DNA of 62,807 nt, the filler included, from Dimargaris cristalligena (lineage: Eukaryota), in assembly GCA_003614675.1 (NCBI GenBank). It is 18 parts of 18 records of this genome, joined end to end, with 100 filler letters (N's around TTAATTAATTAA, not from the genome) between each part and the next. Parts side by side here need not be neighbours in the genome. Positions count along the whole stretch, not along the records: positions 1 to 3,429 come from ML003947.1; positions 3,530 to 6,955 come from ML003948.1; positions 7,056 to 10,479 come from ML003949.1; positions 10,580 to 13,991 come from ML003950.1; 14 more parts are not named here. The stretch is one strand, 5' to 3'. Each line of letters opens with the position of its first letter. The stretch's first letter is position 1. Shown here in pieces: positions 1 to 11,809 of this stretch. The translations under genes were made by a program, and so were the position numbers. The notes under the pieces were generated by a model. It did not search any database, was not told the origin of the DNA, and saw only the letters and a list, made by a program, of their open reading frames with translations.

Positions 1-939
1 GAACTGAGGAACAACACAGCATCACCAACAATTCGTACACAAACCATCTAAAGTTCGAGTCTCGCATAGTTGTTTATTTCTATACCCCAAGTCCGTTATA
101 TAGTTCGTAGTTTTCAGTTAAGGCAAAGTTCGAAATAGCCTACTGATATCTTGAAATCCCATCATTTATTATTGTCAAGTTCATTATTATTAAATATTAT
201 AACCAGTCTATTCCATCTTCAAATAAATATATCTACAATCTATACCGTGGTGACCCTTACATCCCCCAGTGGGTTTCCAATCAATCCGAGCCTCCTGCCG
301 AATGGCCCAGCTATAACCCCTTATGACGTAATCCCCGACCCAACCGGTCCACCGGGTCTCGGCACGGCATAATTACTTATTAGATCGGCTGTACTAAGTT
401 TGATGGGTAATAGAATGTAGTGAAGTTTGAGGACTGCAACCTGTATACAGTGTACTAGTTGCCGGAGTATTACAACTGATAATAGATCGTAAAAAGTAGC
501 ACATTATATTGTGGATAGCCTTTAAAGCGTCGACAAGTAGGTACTTATTATGAACCAGAAATACCAGACTAGTGAACGTCCGATGATGCTGTCGAGAGTG
601 CTAAACGGGTTTCGCAGTTTCCTTGGTGCCAACCATTGGTTTTAAGAGGATCCACATGGCACTATTGATCCAAATTGGCATTAGATTGGACATATTCTGA
701 AGGAACCTATTCCGGGGTTAGCCTGATTACCGAATAGCACATGGGAGGATAGTTGCATTTTATAACACAAACAATACCAAAGTTGGGAGGGGGTGGACTA
801 GCTGTTGGAACTGCCGACTAATAATAGTTTGGGTCAGGGACAAGCCAGTGAATTGAGTTGAAGGTCGCATATTATGGCTAACGTAAATATAGCATTGTAG
901 CATTATGGCAGAACCCAGTGTCATATTTTTAGTGCCGTC

Positions 940-1600
940 CGGCATGAGATGATTGATTGCTAGCGGCTGATATTGGACTCTACACATGGCTTATTCACCA
1001 GAAATATATTTAGCTTGTTTTTATCATACCAACGTCTATAACGATGGATATCATTTGTCATCACTGCGAATAATAGCTTTGTAACTACCTTTACCGCCGA
1101 TGTATTGCCAACGAAATCAACCATCATAGCCTCCTACCAAATCGCTGTATCCACTTTGTCAACGTAGCTAGCATTTTTTACAGTATTCGAATTTGCATGT
1201 AATACCGACGGAATCCTGCAAAGGAAACAAAATAAATCATCTACCAACTGAAGCTCACATTCTCTATTTGAAGCTATTATTCATTTTTAATAAAGCCCTG
1301 TTATTTTCCCTAGTAATATCCTAAGCACTTCGGCAATTCTATTTCCTTGTTTCCTACGTTTATATTCAACGCATACTATAAGTTTCAGCGCCCCAGAGAC
1401 CGCCCAATCCGCGTCCCTGAATATCCCAAAACCTTTCAAGTTGGGACCTTCCATCACGGCGTCGAAACAGCCCGAGATGGTCATCAACTCGGCCTCATAC
1501 ATCTTACAGCCTAGTACGTCGAAAGTGGGGCTACCTAGTACTTCATATATATCTATTAGGTGTTCGCAACTAGACCCACTCAAGAGTCCCAGAGATGCCA
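940..1600 (-). repeat. Unclassified dispersed repeat with a decayed reading frame
   Basis: Aligns by eye with ~21170-21790 and ~49350-49870, and partly with ~38205-38383 (e.g. GGAATCCTGCAAAGGAAACA vs GGAATCCTGCGAAGGAAACA; AGCACTTCGGCAAT; ATGATTGATTG). The minus-strand peptide GALKL...KQGxxIAEVL is shared by the contig 1 and contig 7 copies. Confidence 0.7.
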
Positions 1601-1895
1601 ATTGAGGAATATTAGTGACAGGCGAAAGATGGAGAATGGTCACTCGCTAGGTCATCGATTTAGCCTGTTTAGTTCCTAATCGAGAGTGGGTGAGGTTTGC
1701 CTAAGCCCCATTTTGCCTGGGCTCCTTAAACCTCCACCCCTGAACCCTCGGATTATCTTAACGGTACCCGGTAATGGCATCTATTTTATGACGACTGAAG
1801 TGCGAATGGGCTTACAAAGTATTACAATATGTCTTTAGCAAAACTAAAACAAAAAAATAATCTTCAGTTGGCTAAGTAGGCCTGGCAACAGAGGC

Positions 1896-2488
1896 TGTGG
1901 TACTATGGCAGCAATCTGCCAAGCTGTTTGGAAGCACTATGATTCATCTTTGCCATGGCCGAGCCCAAGCTACGATACTGGGAGCAGGGAATAGGTTCAG
2001 GGATCGTGGCCCTGAGGACTGCAGTTCCCATAGGGCCAAGTATATAAGGAACAAGCCCAAGCTGCCTTTATGTTTGGCTTTTTTGCCTTTCTATCCCCTT
2101 CTCCCCTATTGTGCTTTTTACCCAATCCACTTTCTCGCCCACCAATCTCGACTGCCGTGATAATACTTAACGCACCCACACCCACACCGGCACATCTATA
2201 TCCCCAGACAATCATTGTCGGTTATTGACTCCCTCACCGACTGCTCACCTATTTACTCACCACTCGCCTACTTTTAATGTATAATAGTATAGTTTGTTTC
2301 TGCCATTATTTATACAGCCTCCTGGTATTAAACTCCAGCTCTTCCCTCCTGGTCTTCTGTCTCCCATCAATAATCCCACAACTATGCCATTTCTACCCCA
2401 CCACAGTCTTATAATGTCCCCGAATAACGTATTGCACCCCCGTCCTTTGTTCCCGCTGGCGTACTCAGTGCAGTCCTCCGGCACCACA
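1896..2488 (+). mobile_element. Probable solo LTR (~590 bp)
   Basis: Inverted termini TGTGGTAC...GCACCACA with TG..CA ends and an internal TATATAA near 2041. The start resembles the TGTGGTA start of LTR family A. No clean target-site duplication. Confidence 0.5.
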
Positions 2489-3429
2489 CAAGTATAGTCT
2501 AAACTGGCAAATGTTTGTCTATTGGCTGCATGTATGTTTGTTATCAGCTGCTTACAAACAGCGTGGTTGCAAATAAATCTGGTACCCGCTTAATAACTTG
2601 CTCGCATTAGCATCCGATAAAAACCCAACGAGTGCATTAAAACCAGATTTGTGAATTTTACCACTCAGACCCACCCCGCTTTCCTAATCCCGCTAGTTGC
2701 TCCTATCAATCTTGACCAGACCATGGCTACCTAGTCCCTCATTCCTAAACTTAGCCCTTGTGCCACCACTGTACCTGCATCCACTCTCATTGGTATTGTG
2801 GTTACTTAGTCCAAATGAGCAAAATCCACCATAAAGACACACCCTGCCACCCAGTCCCAAGCAGTCACTTTGGTATGTACCGGTCACCCAGTGACCATAT
2901 AATCCCTTACCCAGAACCACCCCCTTTGTAGTATTGATGCACCCCATACCACTATCGCCCTTATCATGGCAGCTAGATTCGTCAGTCCCGTGGATCACCT
3001 CTAGCCTCCAGCTAAATCCCGAGTACTGCGCCTGAAAGTAGCTGACAGCTCATAGTTATAAATACGAAATACCCATATTGCTAAGGTATCTTGCTAGAGA
3101 ACAAGCGAAGTTTACACATGGTCACCGCACAATCACCTACGATATTTGCATAAAGCCTTACAAAGTCGGCCGATACGCAGTTATCGCAATCTTTCCTTCT
3201 CTTCTCGCCTTTATTCATGAATACACGCTAGGTAAGCGGGCATATCTACGCAGAAGGTCATCACGTTCCAGAATAACCCACTTTTTACTTGGGTTTGCTT
3301 GCCAGACCTGGTATGCCGATTCATGTCCACTCATTCTCTATTACTAGCTACTGGCATCTGAAAGGCGTTATCTAGCCCCTTTCTTGGTAACTACGTATAG
3401 TATTCACCAGTTGCAGTATTTTTTTAGTA

Positions 3430-3529
3430 NNNNNNNNNNNNNNNNNNNNNNNNNNNNNNNNNNNNNNNNNNNNTTAATTAATTAANNNNNNNNNNNNNNN
3501 NNNNNNNNNNNNNNNNNNNNNNNNNNNNN
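3430..3529. other. Artificial contig linker (44 N + TTAATTAATTAA + 44 N), first of 17
   Basis: The same 100-bp spacer, with stops in all six frames, also starts at 6956, 10480, 13992, 17498, 21002, 24505, 28004, 31393, 34889, 38384, 41879, 45372, 48862, 52351, 55840 and 59326. Contig lengths fall from 3429 to 3382 bp, with one outlier of 3289 bp at 28104-31392. Confidence 0.99.
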
Positions 3530-4376
3530 ATTTGCACGCAACCCTCTTGAACATAAGCTACACACTGCCCCTCGACCATCAAAACTGAGGTGAGCAACTC
3601 TTGCTTAAGACAACTGTGTGATATTCAACTCAGCTGTACACGGTATCCAATGTTATATATTATATGGCATATAGTAAAATAGTCAAGATATTGAGTTCTA
3701 GTCTAAAATGTCTGCTGTCGCAAATGTGTGTTTCACCATATGGCCAGCCTGAGCCTACCACATGCCATCACAAACAGTCTAATACTATGTTTGCGGCCCT
3801 TTTCAGTGTCTAAGCTGTACAATCTCGCTTCAATTGCCCTTGTTTTATTATTTAGTCGTCGAGGGGACTTGCGGATAATTGCAAACAATCGGTCAGGGTC
3901 CATGCTTATAGTCGAAAATAATCGGTCACTCAGATCCCTATTAATTTAATTTCCGTACAATAAATGATCTAATTTTAGTGACCCTAGGGAAGCAGTCGGT
4001 TTTAACAGGAATGCGACGTGTTCGCATAGACAGATTCACGACTAGATCACTTCAACCATATTCCCATTTTCACGTGTAATCGTAAGCCAAACCTATCAAG
4101 CATAGCCAGTGAAGGATGGACCAGAATATTGAATAATCACCAACCTGGATGTTTAAAAGAAGAAGATGGCAGCAGGAAGGGGGGGTAGTAAGAAAAAACT
4201 TTTATATAAACCAACTGTGGTTGGGCTACCCCATCACACACAGGGCCTACTAACTAAAGGGTGAATAAATAGGGCAAGAAGGCCCTGTGAAAATAAAGCC
4301 ATAAGGGAAATACCACAGGCGGTTGAGGCTCGGAGCCATTACTCCAGACCGGAAACACGCGAAAAAGATATATGTA

Positions 4377-5876
4377 TTACTGGTATTGAATCAAGTATAG
4401 CTGGTCATCGAGAACGTTGGGATCCAGCCAGAGTGATTCTTCCCCCTTGAGTCCTTGGTCTTGGAGTAATTTCTCGGCCGTCGAGCGGTGGACTCGGATG
4501 GCCAAGTTGGGCCGGTCACTATCATCACGGTACGGGTACACGAACCCACGGGCTGTCCACAGGTCCATCGAATCACTCATCACACGAGAGCCTGTACTAT
4601 ACTGTAGGCACTTTTGCTTCGCATTTTCGAATCCCAGCTGTTCGGCATAGCCACAATCGTATACAAAATCTTCTGCCATACCATCATTTTTACCGGTATA
4701 GGATTCGTCAAACTCCCAACGCAACAGCGTTGTGTACGAATGTATACCCATGTAATAAGCCTCTGTGGGGGTTTTCATACGTGATCCCAGTTCTCCCAAC
4801 TTGCCAAATTGGCCTGTGGTGGCAAAGACCGCACTAATGCTGACCAACATTTGACGCTCAATACTGTATATGGCTCTTTGCTCCCAAGCCTTGGGGAAGT
4901 CATCTCCGAGGATTTCGAGTATCTTTGCTAGACCATCCTGCCTCGCAGTGGCATAAACCGCCAAATCGCTGGAGGCTGAGTCACTCACTCTCTGGCATAA
5001 CTTAATTAGTTCGACCACTGGCAATTCCGATAAAGCAAATAGCACAGGGAAAAGGACTCGCCTTTGGTCGCTGTCCAACCCAGTAAAGTCCAAATAGGCC
5101 CATTCCTTCTTGATGCTGGCTAGGCTTGGACGGTCAATTCTTTCATTCGGGGGTGGTTGTTGATTGTCGGCTTGGGCATGCGATTCATGTTCTTCCTCAT
5201 AAAGGCCACCACGAAGACCCCAAGCGAGGGCCATGAGTGCATCTATTGGCTGTATTGGAAATAGGGCTTGGAAATCATCCAAATTCATTGGTGCATCATT
5301 ATGACTTGATATTACAGCGTCGACTCGCATCTTAATATTTTTAATCTTTGAAAAAAGACAATGGATACGCACGTCAATAAAACACCTTGAGTAAAAATGG
5401 GGATTAGCCACTGGGCATGGTGATATAGTTGCAGCACTAACTCTCTGGATACGTGTATATAATTATATGATAAATCACCAAAAAATCGAGGAGTCCGCTC
5501 TGATAATGGCTAGTTGAGCGACAGAGGGGCCAGATAACTATTTTTGGGATGAAATAAGTAGACTCACCTGAAGAAGTTCCTGAGTGTCTCTGTCTTGATT
5601 TGTCATTACGTGATAGCGACTGTTAACCATGGAGACATAAAAGCGGTCATCTGCGGGCAAATGTCCCAAGACGGTATAGAAAAGCTCCGCGGGAAGAGAG
5701 GCCAACGATCCGGCGGTGTTGGCTTGAGGGCCCTTAATTTGGGAAGAAGTGTCGACTGCATTATGCCGGATTTGGCCATCAATTTCTTTACTCGAATCCA
5801 CGGGCTGGGGGCGACTGGTGACACTGCAGACCAAGACTAGGCTTAGCAGAGTGACAGGAACAAGATAGGACTTCAT
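4377..5876 (-). CDS. Secreted orphan protein with signal peptide + F-box-like motif (family A), 2 exons, ~425 aa
   Basis: Exon 1 (5876-5568) encodes the signal peptide MKSYLVPVTLLSLVLVCSVTS and the F-box-like SLASLPAELFYTVLGHLPADDRFYVSMVNSRY. Phase-0 intron 5567-5346 (GTGAGT...TTGAC...AAG); exon 2 (5345-4377) is in frame. TATAAA near 6083-6078. The paralog at 59677-61088 has the same intron position. Confidence 0.85.
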
Positions 5877-7055
5877 TATTCACACCCGGAAGGTGGTGTG
5901 GGTGGGAGATGAGTAAAAAAAAAAGAGCGTGAATAGTGTTGAATTATTCGTGGCAGTCAAATAAAGCTATGGGCAGTAGACTAACAAAATGTGAAGCTGG
6001 GTACTGACTAGAGTAGAGTAGGGTAGGGTAGGTAGGGAGTGGGTGGGTTGGTATGAAGACGAGAGGGGAGTAGTCTGTTTATAAATTAGGAGCAGGAGAC
6101 TAGAGAGGAGAACCAGGTGCCAAAGAGGAAGGGCCCTTGAGCAGGCCGTCCATGTTGGTAATACAAGACAGAGGCCAGTGGCATTGCACACCACGGCAAA
6201 ACGATTAATGTGTAATATAACCGCAGGCGTATCACTTAACTTATGTATGCCTTATCAAAAGATCACCGAGGCCTGTTCCACAAAAATAGGGCTGGGGAAG
6301 CTGGTTTCGATCTGTCATTAAATTAGATTGCCTACTCCCTTGTGTTTAATCTATATAATATATCAATCCTGACACAGATCTGGCGAAGGTGTGCAACCGC
6401 AGCTCTGTATATCTAAATGGCATGGCCCTGCGTGGTAAATTGTCCCCTTGGCGCCTTCGTTTCCTGACTGACTGTGGAACTCCTCTTCTAGGAATAGCCG
6501 CCACGCAAGGGCGCCAGTCTCTTTACATATTGAGCCCGAGTCACACACAAAGGCGAAAAAGGCAACGAAGGGATAGACGGATAGTGATTAGCCAATCTAC
6601 CGATTGGACGCAGTACTCAGTAGGTGGTGGCCATCGACCCCCCCCCTGGCTATTATGAAACGGCCAAAAGCAATGAATTTCCAACTAAAAGAATCTATGA
6701 CTGGGATTTTGGAGTAACTGTCCGGCAGTGTCTCTATTGTCTCATTTATATTATTTTCCTGGTGGGGAGGAAGGAGGGTTTCCACCCACCCACCACTCAG
6801 CCTTTCTCATCCCCCCCCCCACCACCAGAGATTGTTCATGGCTACCACCCTTCAAAAAGTGTAGAATACAGGAACACCCCAAGTTAAACTGTAACCCTCT
6901 CGCTCTTTCTCTAGACCAATAGTTAGAAATAAGTGGGGGCCATGAGCCAAGCACANNNNNNNNNNNNNNNNNNNNNNNNNNNNNNNNNNNNNNNNNNNNT
7001 TAATTAATTAANNNNNNNNNNNNNNNNNNNNNNNNNNNNNNNNNNNNNNNNNNNN

Positions 7056-8014
7056 AAGGTCCCAGAAGATTGGATGACTAAGCAAAGGGAAAGGGAAGGG
7101 AGTTCCCAGACAATCATATTAGTCATCACAAAGGATAGGTAATACTCGGGTAACCAATAAATTCAATGTGAAACAATAGAAGGGAAAAAAGAAAGGGAGA
7201 AAACTATTATTAGCCATTCTTTGAACAGGAGTGTAGTTAGGCCAGGGGTAGTGTGAATTCAGGGGTATCATCTGGTCAGGGGCAGGGGTGAATCACAGTT
7301 AAGGGTTGAAGTGCCAATAGGGCCAAATTGTTAGAGAGTTAACTTGTCACCTGAAGCCAAGGTGCTAATAACAATTAACAAGATGGGCAAAGAAAGGGAA
7401 AGCAAACTGGGAAGTAACTAATAATTGCCTGAAGCCAAGGTGATATTAGAATACTCCAAAGAAAGGGGTTGCAGGGGTCAAGGGGATCAAGAAATAGTTA
7501 AGGGAGCCAAGGTTGTCTGTCCTTCCAAGAGGGCAGACAAGAGTTTATTTATAATTGATGGTTTATATGGAAAATAAGAGGAAACAGAAGGGAAAATGGT
7601 CCATTAGTCATCAGCAAGATGACTCGGGCAGAGGACAGAAATATGGGCCAATTGGGCATAGCCAAGTCATGGGAAAAGGCTTAGCAAAGAGAAGGGAGAA
7701 GGAGAATAATGGATCATGGGAATCATTAATGACCCCATGATGAACACAGAAGAAAATAGAGGGAAAATTGGAAAGGGGGAATCCAGCCAGTGTGATGGGA
7801 ATGGGAAAGGGGAACAGTGTAATGTGGTGGGGCACCACAGGGTATAAAATATAATAATAAGAAAACAATATAATAATGAAAATGGAGGAAAAATGACTAT
7901 ACTTGTCAGGGGTAGGGGCAGGGGCTCATTCACTTGTCAGGGGTGTACTTCCGATAAGTGCAAAAAAATAGATTAAAAATAAAAGCAAGTAAAAAATGTG
8001 TTAAGTTCACCACA
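7056..8014 (-). mobile_element. LTR family A sequence, degenerate
   Basis: 7900-8014 is the reverse complement of the LTR start at 17421 and 20896 (TGTGGT(A/G)AACTTA..ACATTTTTTAC...CACTTATCGGAAGTAC..CCCTGA). The region has almost no CpG. The left extent is assumed to run to the contig edge. Confidence 0.7.
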
Positions 8015-8024
8015 ATAATAGATT

Positions 8025-8230
8025 AAACAAGAAGAAAGTTGTAAGTTGAAGAATAAGCTATTGGGGAAGGGTAGGGTTATATTCAAACATAAGGGGCAGG
8101 GGAAAGAATGGTAATAACCAGTTAAAATATTTCATTAACTAGAAAAGAGGGAGAGTATAGTAATAATAATAAAATTACAGTAGAATAATGGGGATATATT
8201 TTCCTATTATGAGTTACTAAATTAACCATC
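8025..8230 (-). mobile_element. LTR family B fragment
   Basis: Matches ~16270-16500, including AAGGGGCAGGGGAA(A)GAATG, GGGTTATAT and GTTG(T/C)AAG(T/C)TGAAGA. Confidence 0.65.
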
Positions 8231-8689
8231 TGTTGGTATAGATTTTGCCTATATAATTAGTCAATCTTATAGTATAAATAAATTAGTCACAATGCTAATT
8301 CAGAATAATATCTACTTCCAGCTCTAATTACCCAGTGGTAACTTCAGTTGCTGGCCCCTTAATACCAAAATCCAGTGCACCTACCTTTCCAAACAAGGGT
8401 AAGGGTGCCAGTTCAGGCCCTAGTGATGGTCCTGAGACCCCTCAAAACACCAGCATAACAACTAATATATATTATTTTATGTGGCAGTGAAGGAGATTCC
8501 CATAAAGTATACTTTATATTCAGTTACCTATTTTTCAATTACTATATCAATACAGCCTAATCCTAGAAAAAGGTGATGCCACCCACCCCCACTGGTAATT
8601 TAAATACATATCACATTTGGGATCATTATATTCTCTCTGAGTCTTTATTACATGCAATTAGCTCTTAGAAATGTTATCAATCTACCACT

Positions 8690-8780
8690 TACTAGCATAT
8701 TCATTCCTAAACAATTTACATAGATGGATATTTATTCTAATAATGGACAATGTATCAACCCATTATAATATCTAAGCATT
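8690..8780 (+). mobile_element. Possible DDE (Tc1/IS630/pogo-like) transposase remnant
   Basis: Translates as FLNNLHRWIFILIMDNVSTH, resembling the hhhhDNxxxH motif around the second catalytic Asp. The match is short and surrounded by stops. Confidence 0.3.
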
Positions 8781-10069
8781 TATAGTAAGACCAGATACCA
8801 AAGGTCTATAATATTAATGTAGGTCTGGGCTGGCTATACTTGATTTTCAAAATTAAAACTAAATCGATTCTGGGAAGGCCATTGGCTATCACAAATTGCT
8901 GTACATGTCATGTTATCAAGATTTGTAGAGTAATGCTCATAGAAAATCACTGTTTACCAATCCACTGTTATTATTATTGTCGGTTTTGTGGGTACTTCAT
9001 ATTGTGCATAGCTATCCCAGATAATTTACTGTGTGTTAATTTGGGCATAGTAATGAAACATCCCAATTACCTCTTTAATATAGAGCCTTTGATAGTCAAT
9101 TTACCAACCATTTTACGAAAACACCCATAGTTGGGCATCTGTGTTACTTAGTTATTTACTACACATGGTTTGAATCAGGGGTTTTAATTGGAAAGGGTGT
9201 ATTTGCACTTTTCGATATTCCATAGTGGATATCTTATTCATGATCAATATTCGATACATCTAGTAGTGCCTTGCACAAGTGGATCCAAATATAATCTTAT
9301 ACACCAAAACCCAACGTTTTAAAAAACGAGGGTGGTTCTTCAACTAATCTTGCTCACTTTTACTTCTGAAGCGATCACTTATGATTTATTTTTGATACTA
9401 GCCTGCTAGTAAGTAGCTACATTATAGTACACCTGTTTCTCAACTCTGGGGTAAACAGTCTTAGTGAGTCTACCATTACATACAGTTCATTGGCTGTAAA
9501 CTGTAAGAATAAACTACTTGATGCAACGGGACCCTATACCTGCATGTAATCCGTGTTTAGTTCAAAAGAAGTGCCCCGGTTTCCCAGTTGTTAACGTTTT
9601 GGATATAGTCTTGATTTATAATGATTAATGCAATATCCACCCAAGCAGAAATGTCACCCTCAAAAAAAAAAATCACACCTACACGAGTGACCATTTCATT
9701 GTTAGGACATATGCAGCTTGCTGATTGGTTTCTTCATAAAGTATATTGGATTGGCAATGGCTGTTCATCTGTCCCAAATGGTCCAAGTGTGAGTTATTAT
9801 GATGAACCGGGAGGCCAATAGACAGGACGAAACCACTATGTTCAGTAAATCCTTAGACTGTGAAGCTATTGGTGATACTGTAGTGCTCGTTGCCAATATA
9901 TGAAGTTAGACCAAAGCCAGCATATCCGCATTATTCTCCGATATTATATTTATACATGCCCCCTCCCAACTTCATTGATTGCGCACTTATCCATTATCAT
10001 CACTCTTAGCGTTTATCACTGCCCTACACACAACCCCGCATTCTCTTGATATCTACATAACTACCTAAT

Positions 10070-10479
10070 ATGAAGGTTTCTTCTACTGTCGTTGTTGCTG
10101 CCGCGTTTGTTCTGGCCTCCGCCATTCCCTCCCTGGCCGCTTACACGCAAGAACAACTCCAGTGCATTACAGGGAACGACTGCCTCGACACGGAGGATTT
10201 CTGCATGGAGAAGTGCCTTAATTTGAGCTTGGCTCAATATAATGAGTTGACCGTTTGCTTCGATAAGTGTACCGACGACGGCACGGGTTCCTGCACCCAA
10301 GCCTGCGGCGCTCAATTCGAGAAAATCACCGGTTTATCCATGGACGATATGGCTCAATTATCCCAGGACGCCATGGCATTCTATGCTGCGAGCGAGGAGT
10401 CATCCTCCGCCCTTGCTCCTCTGGCTACCGCCAGTACCAACGCTCCTTCGACATCGGCCCATCCCAGTAGCTCCAGCAC
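10070..10479 (+). CDS. Secreted 8-cysteine protein with Ser/Thr/Ala-rich tail, 3' truncated by the gap
   Basis: Signal peptide MKVSSTVVVAAAFVLASAIPSLA; eight Cys including three CxxxC pairs; low-complexity S/T/A/P tail; coding-like codon usage. Confidence 0.85.
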
Positions 10480-10579
10480 NNNNNNNNNNNNNNNNNNNNN
10501 NNNNNNNNNNNNNNNNNNNNNNNTTAATTAATTAANNNNNNNNNNNNNNNNNNNNNNNNNNNNNNNNNNNNNNNNNNNN

Positions 10580-10945
10580 TTTAGGCTTCCTCTTTCGAGT
10601 ATAAATACTCCCCCTTGCTGCCACCTCTTGGAACAGTAAGTCTATCATCACCTTTCCCTTTTATTATCTATCTTTTCAAATAAATTTCTTTACAAGAGTC
10701 TTCCCAATGTGAAGTCATCCAGTCAGATTCTTTACTTCTATACCTTAGTCTTAGTAGTATTTCCTTTGGGACCTCCCTCCAGAGCCATCCCCATATATAT
10801 AACCAGGCCCCACTGGGACTGGTTCAACTCCTTAGCTTATTCACATTCCCCAGTTTACTACAATAAACTCTATATATACTCACCCCCCCTGATACTGACT
10901 AGTAAGTGTGCCTGCTGCATGTCCCTGACATTTACCTGCATCATC
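10580..10945. repeat. Dispersed repeat(s) shared with 59015-59325
   Basis: ~10611-10685 matches ~59250-59324 as reverse complement; ~10745-10940 matches ~59015-59210 in direct orientation. CpG-poor. Confidence 0.75.
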
Positions 10946-11171
10946 CTTCATTAGTTAATACTATACCCCTATCCTAATGCTAGTAGCCCACTTGGCCGAG
11001 CCTAAGCCCTGCCTACCATTAGAAGCCTATCCTCAGGACTCTTAACAGACTAAGAATGGTGAACCTGGGCAACAGGCATGAGCTGTCTTTCTAATAAAAA
11101 GACTGTGAATATTGGTGCAGATGGAGTTGGGAATGGAGACCACTAGGATCAGTAGCCTATTTGAGTTATGT

Positions 11172-11809
11172 TCACATAGCCACACTACCTTCAAGATTTC
11201 TTAAAATTGCTGTCTTAAACAGCTGGCTTATTATTGCCAGTGGGCTTGTTCTGTTGGTAGGGTAGTACTTGAGGAGTGGTGTGGGAGCGGGAAGCCTGGG
11301 GAGTGATATTGGAGTGGGCAGTGTGGCTGTTTCAACCAGTGCCTTGAACACCAGTCTTATTGCTGGCAAGCTTGTTCTCCTGGATGGAAGGCACCTGTGT
11401 GTTGGTGTTGGAGCAGGTGGGGCTATTATTGGAACAGTTACCTTAAGCAGTGGGCTTGTTCTGCTGGCTGGACTGGGCCTGAGGAGTGGGGTTAGAGCGG
11501 GTTGCATTGTTGTTGGAACCATTACTTTGAACACTAGCACTGCTACCAACAGGCTTGTTCTGCTGACCAGATTGCACTTGGGGTGGTTTTGGAATGGGTG
11601 GGAGTGTTGTTAGAACTGACACTCTGGACACCAGTCTTGTTGGTGGGCATATTCTACTTACTGGGAATCACCTGAGGAATGGTGCTGATGTGGATGAACC
11701 ATTTGGGTATTTGAAGGGTGGTCTGTAAAGAGCTACCCGGGGTGATAGTCATGGCAGTAATAGCACAGAAAGCATACAGAATCAAAACCTTAATGGAGAT
11801 GAAAGTCAT
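11172..11809 (-). pseudogene. Decayed secreted protein with internal Q/N/S/T-rich tandem repeats
   Basis: Signal-like MTFISIKVLILYAFCAITA from 11809, then 4-5 repeats of about QQNKPxG...VQxNGSNNxxTxSNxTPQ spaced ~84-127 nt. Interrupted by stops and a frameshift; CpG-depleted. Confidence 0.6.

Noticed and set aside
1287..1643. GNAT acetyltransferase motif A in VEYKRRKQGNRIAEVL
   Set aside because: The contig 7 copy reads GGG*DCSKQGIPIAEVL, so the basic residues are not conserved.
3474..3485. Regularly spaced TTAATTAATTAA as a biological repeat or CRISPR-like array
   Set aside because: Always centred in 88 Ns; an artificial six-frame-stop linker.
6597..6785. METLLP peptide shared with 58417-58647, suggesting a common element
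   Set aside because: Only six residues match; I could not extend the alignment.
10070..10479. CFEM domain or hydrophobin
   Set aside because: Eight Cys are present, but there are no CC doublets or CxC motif and the spacing does not fit.
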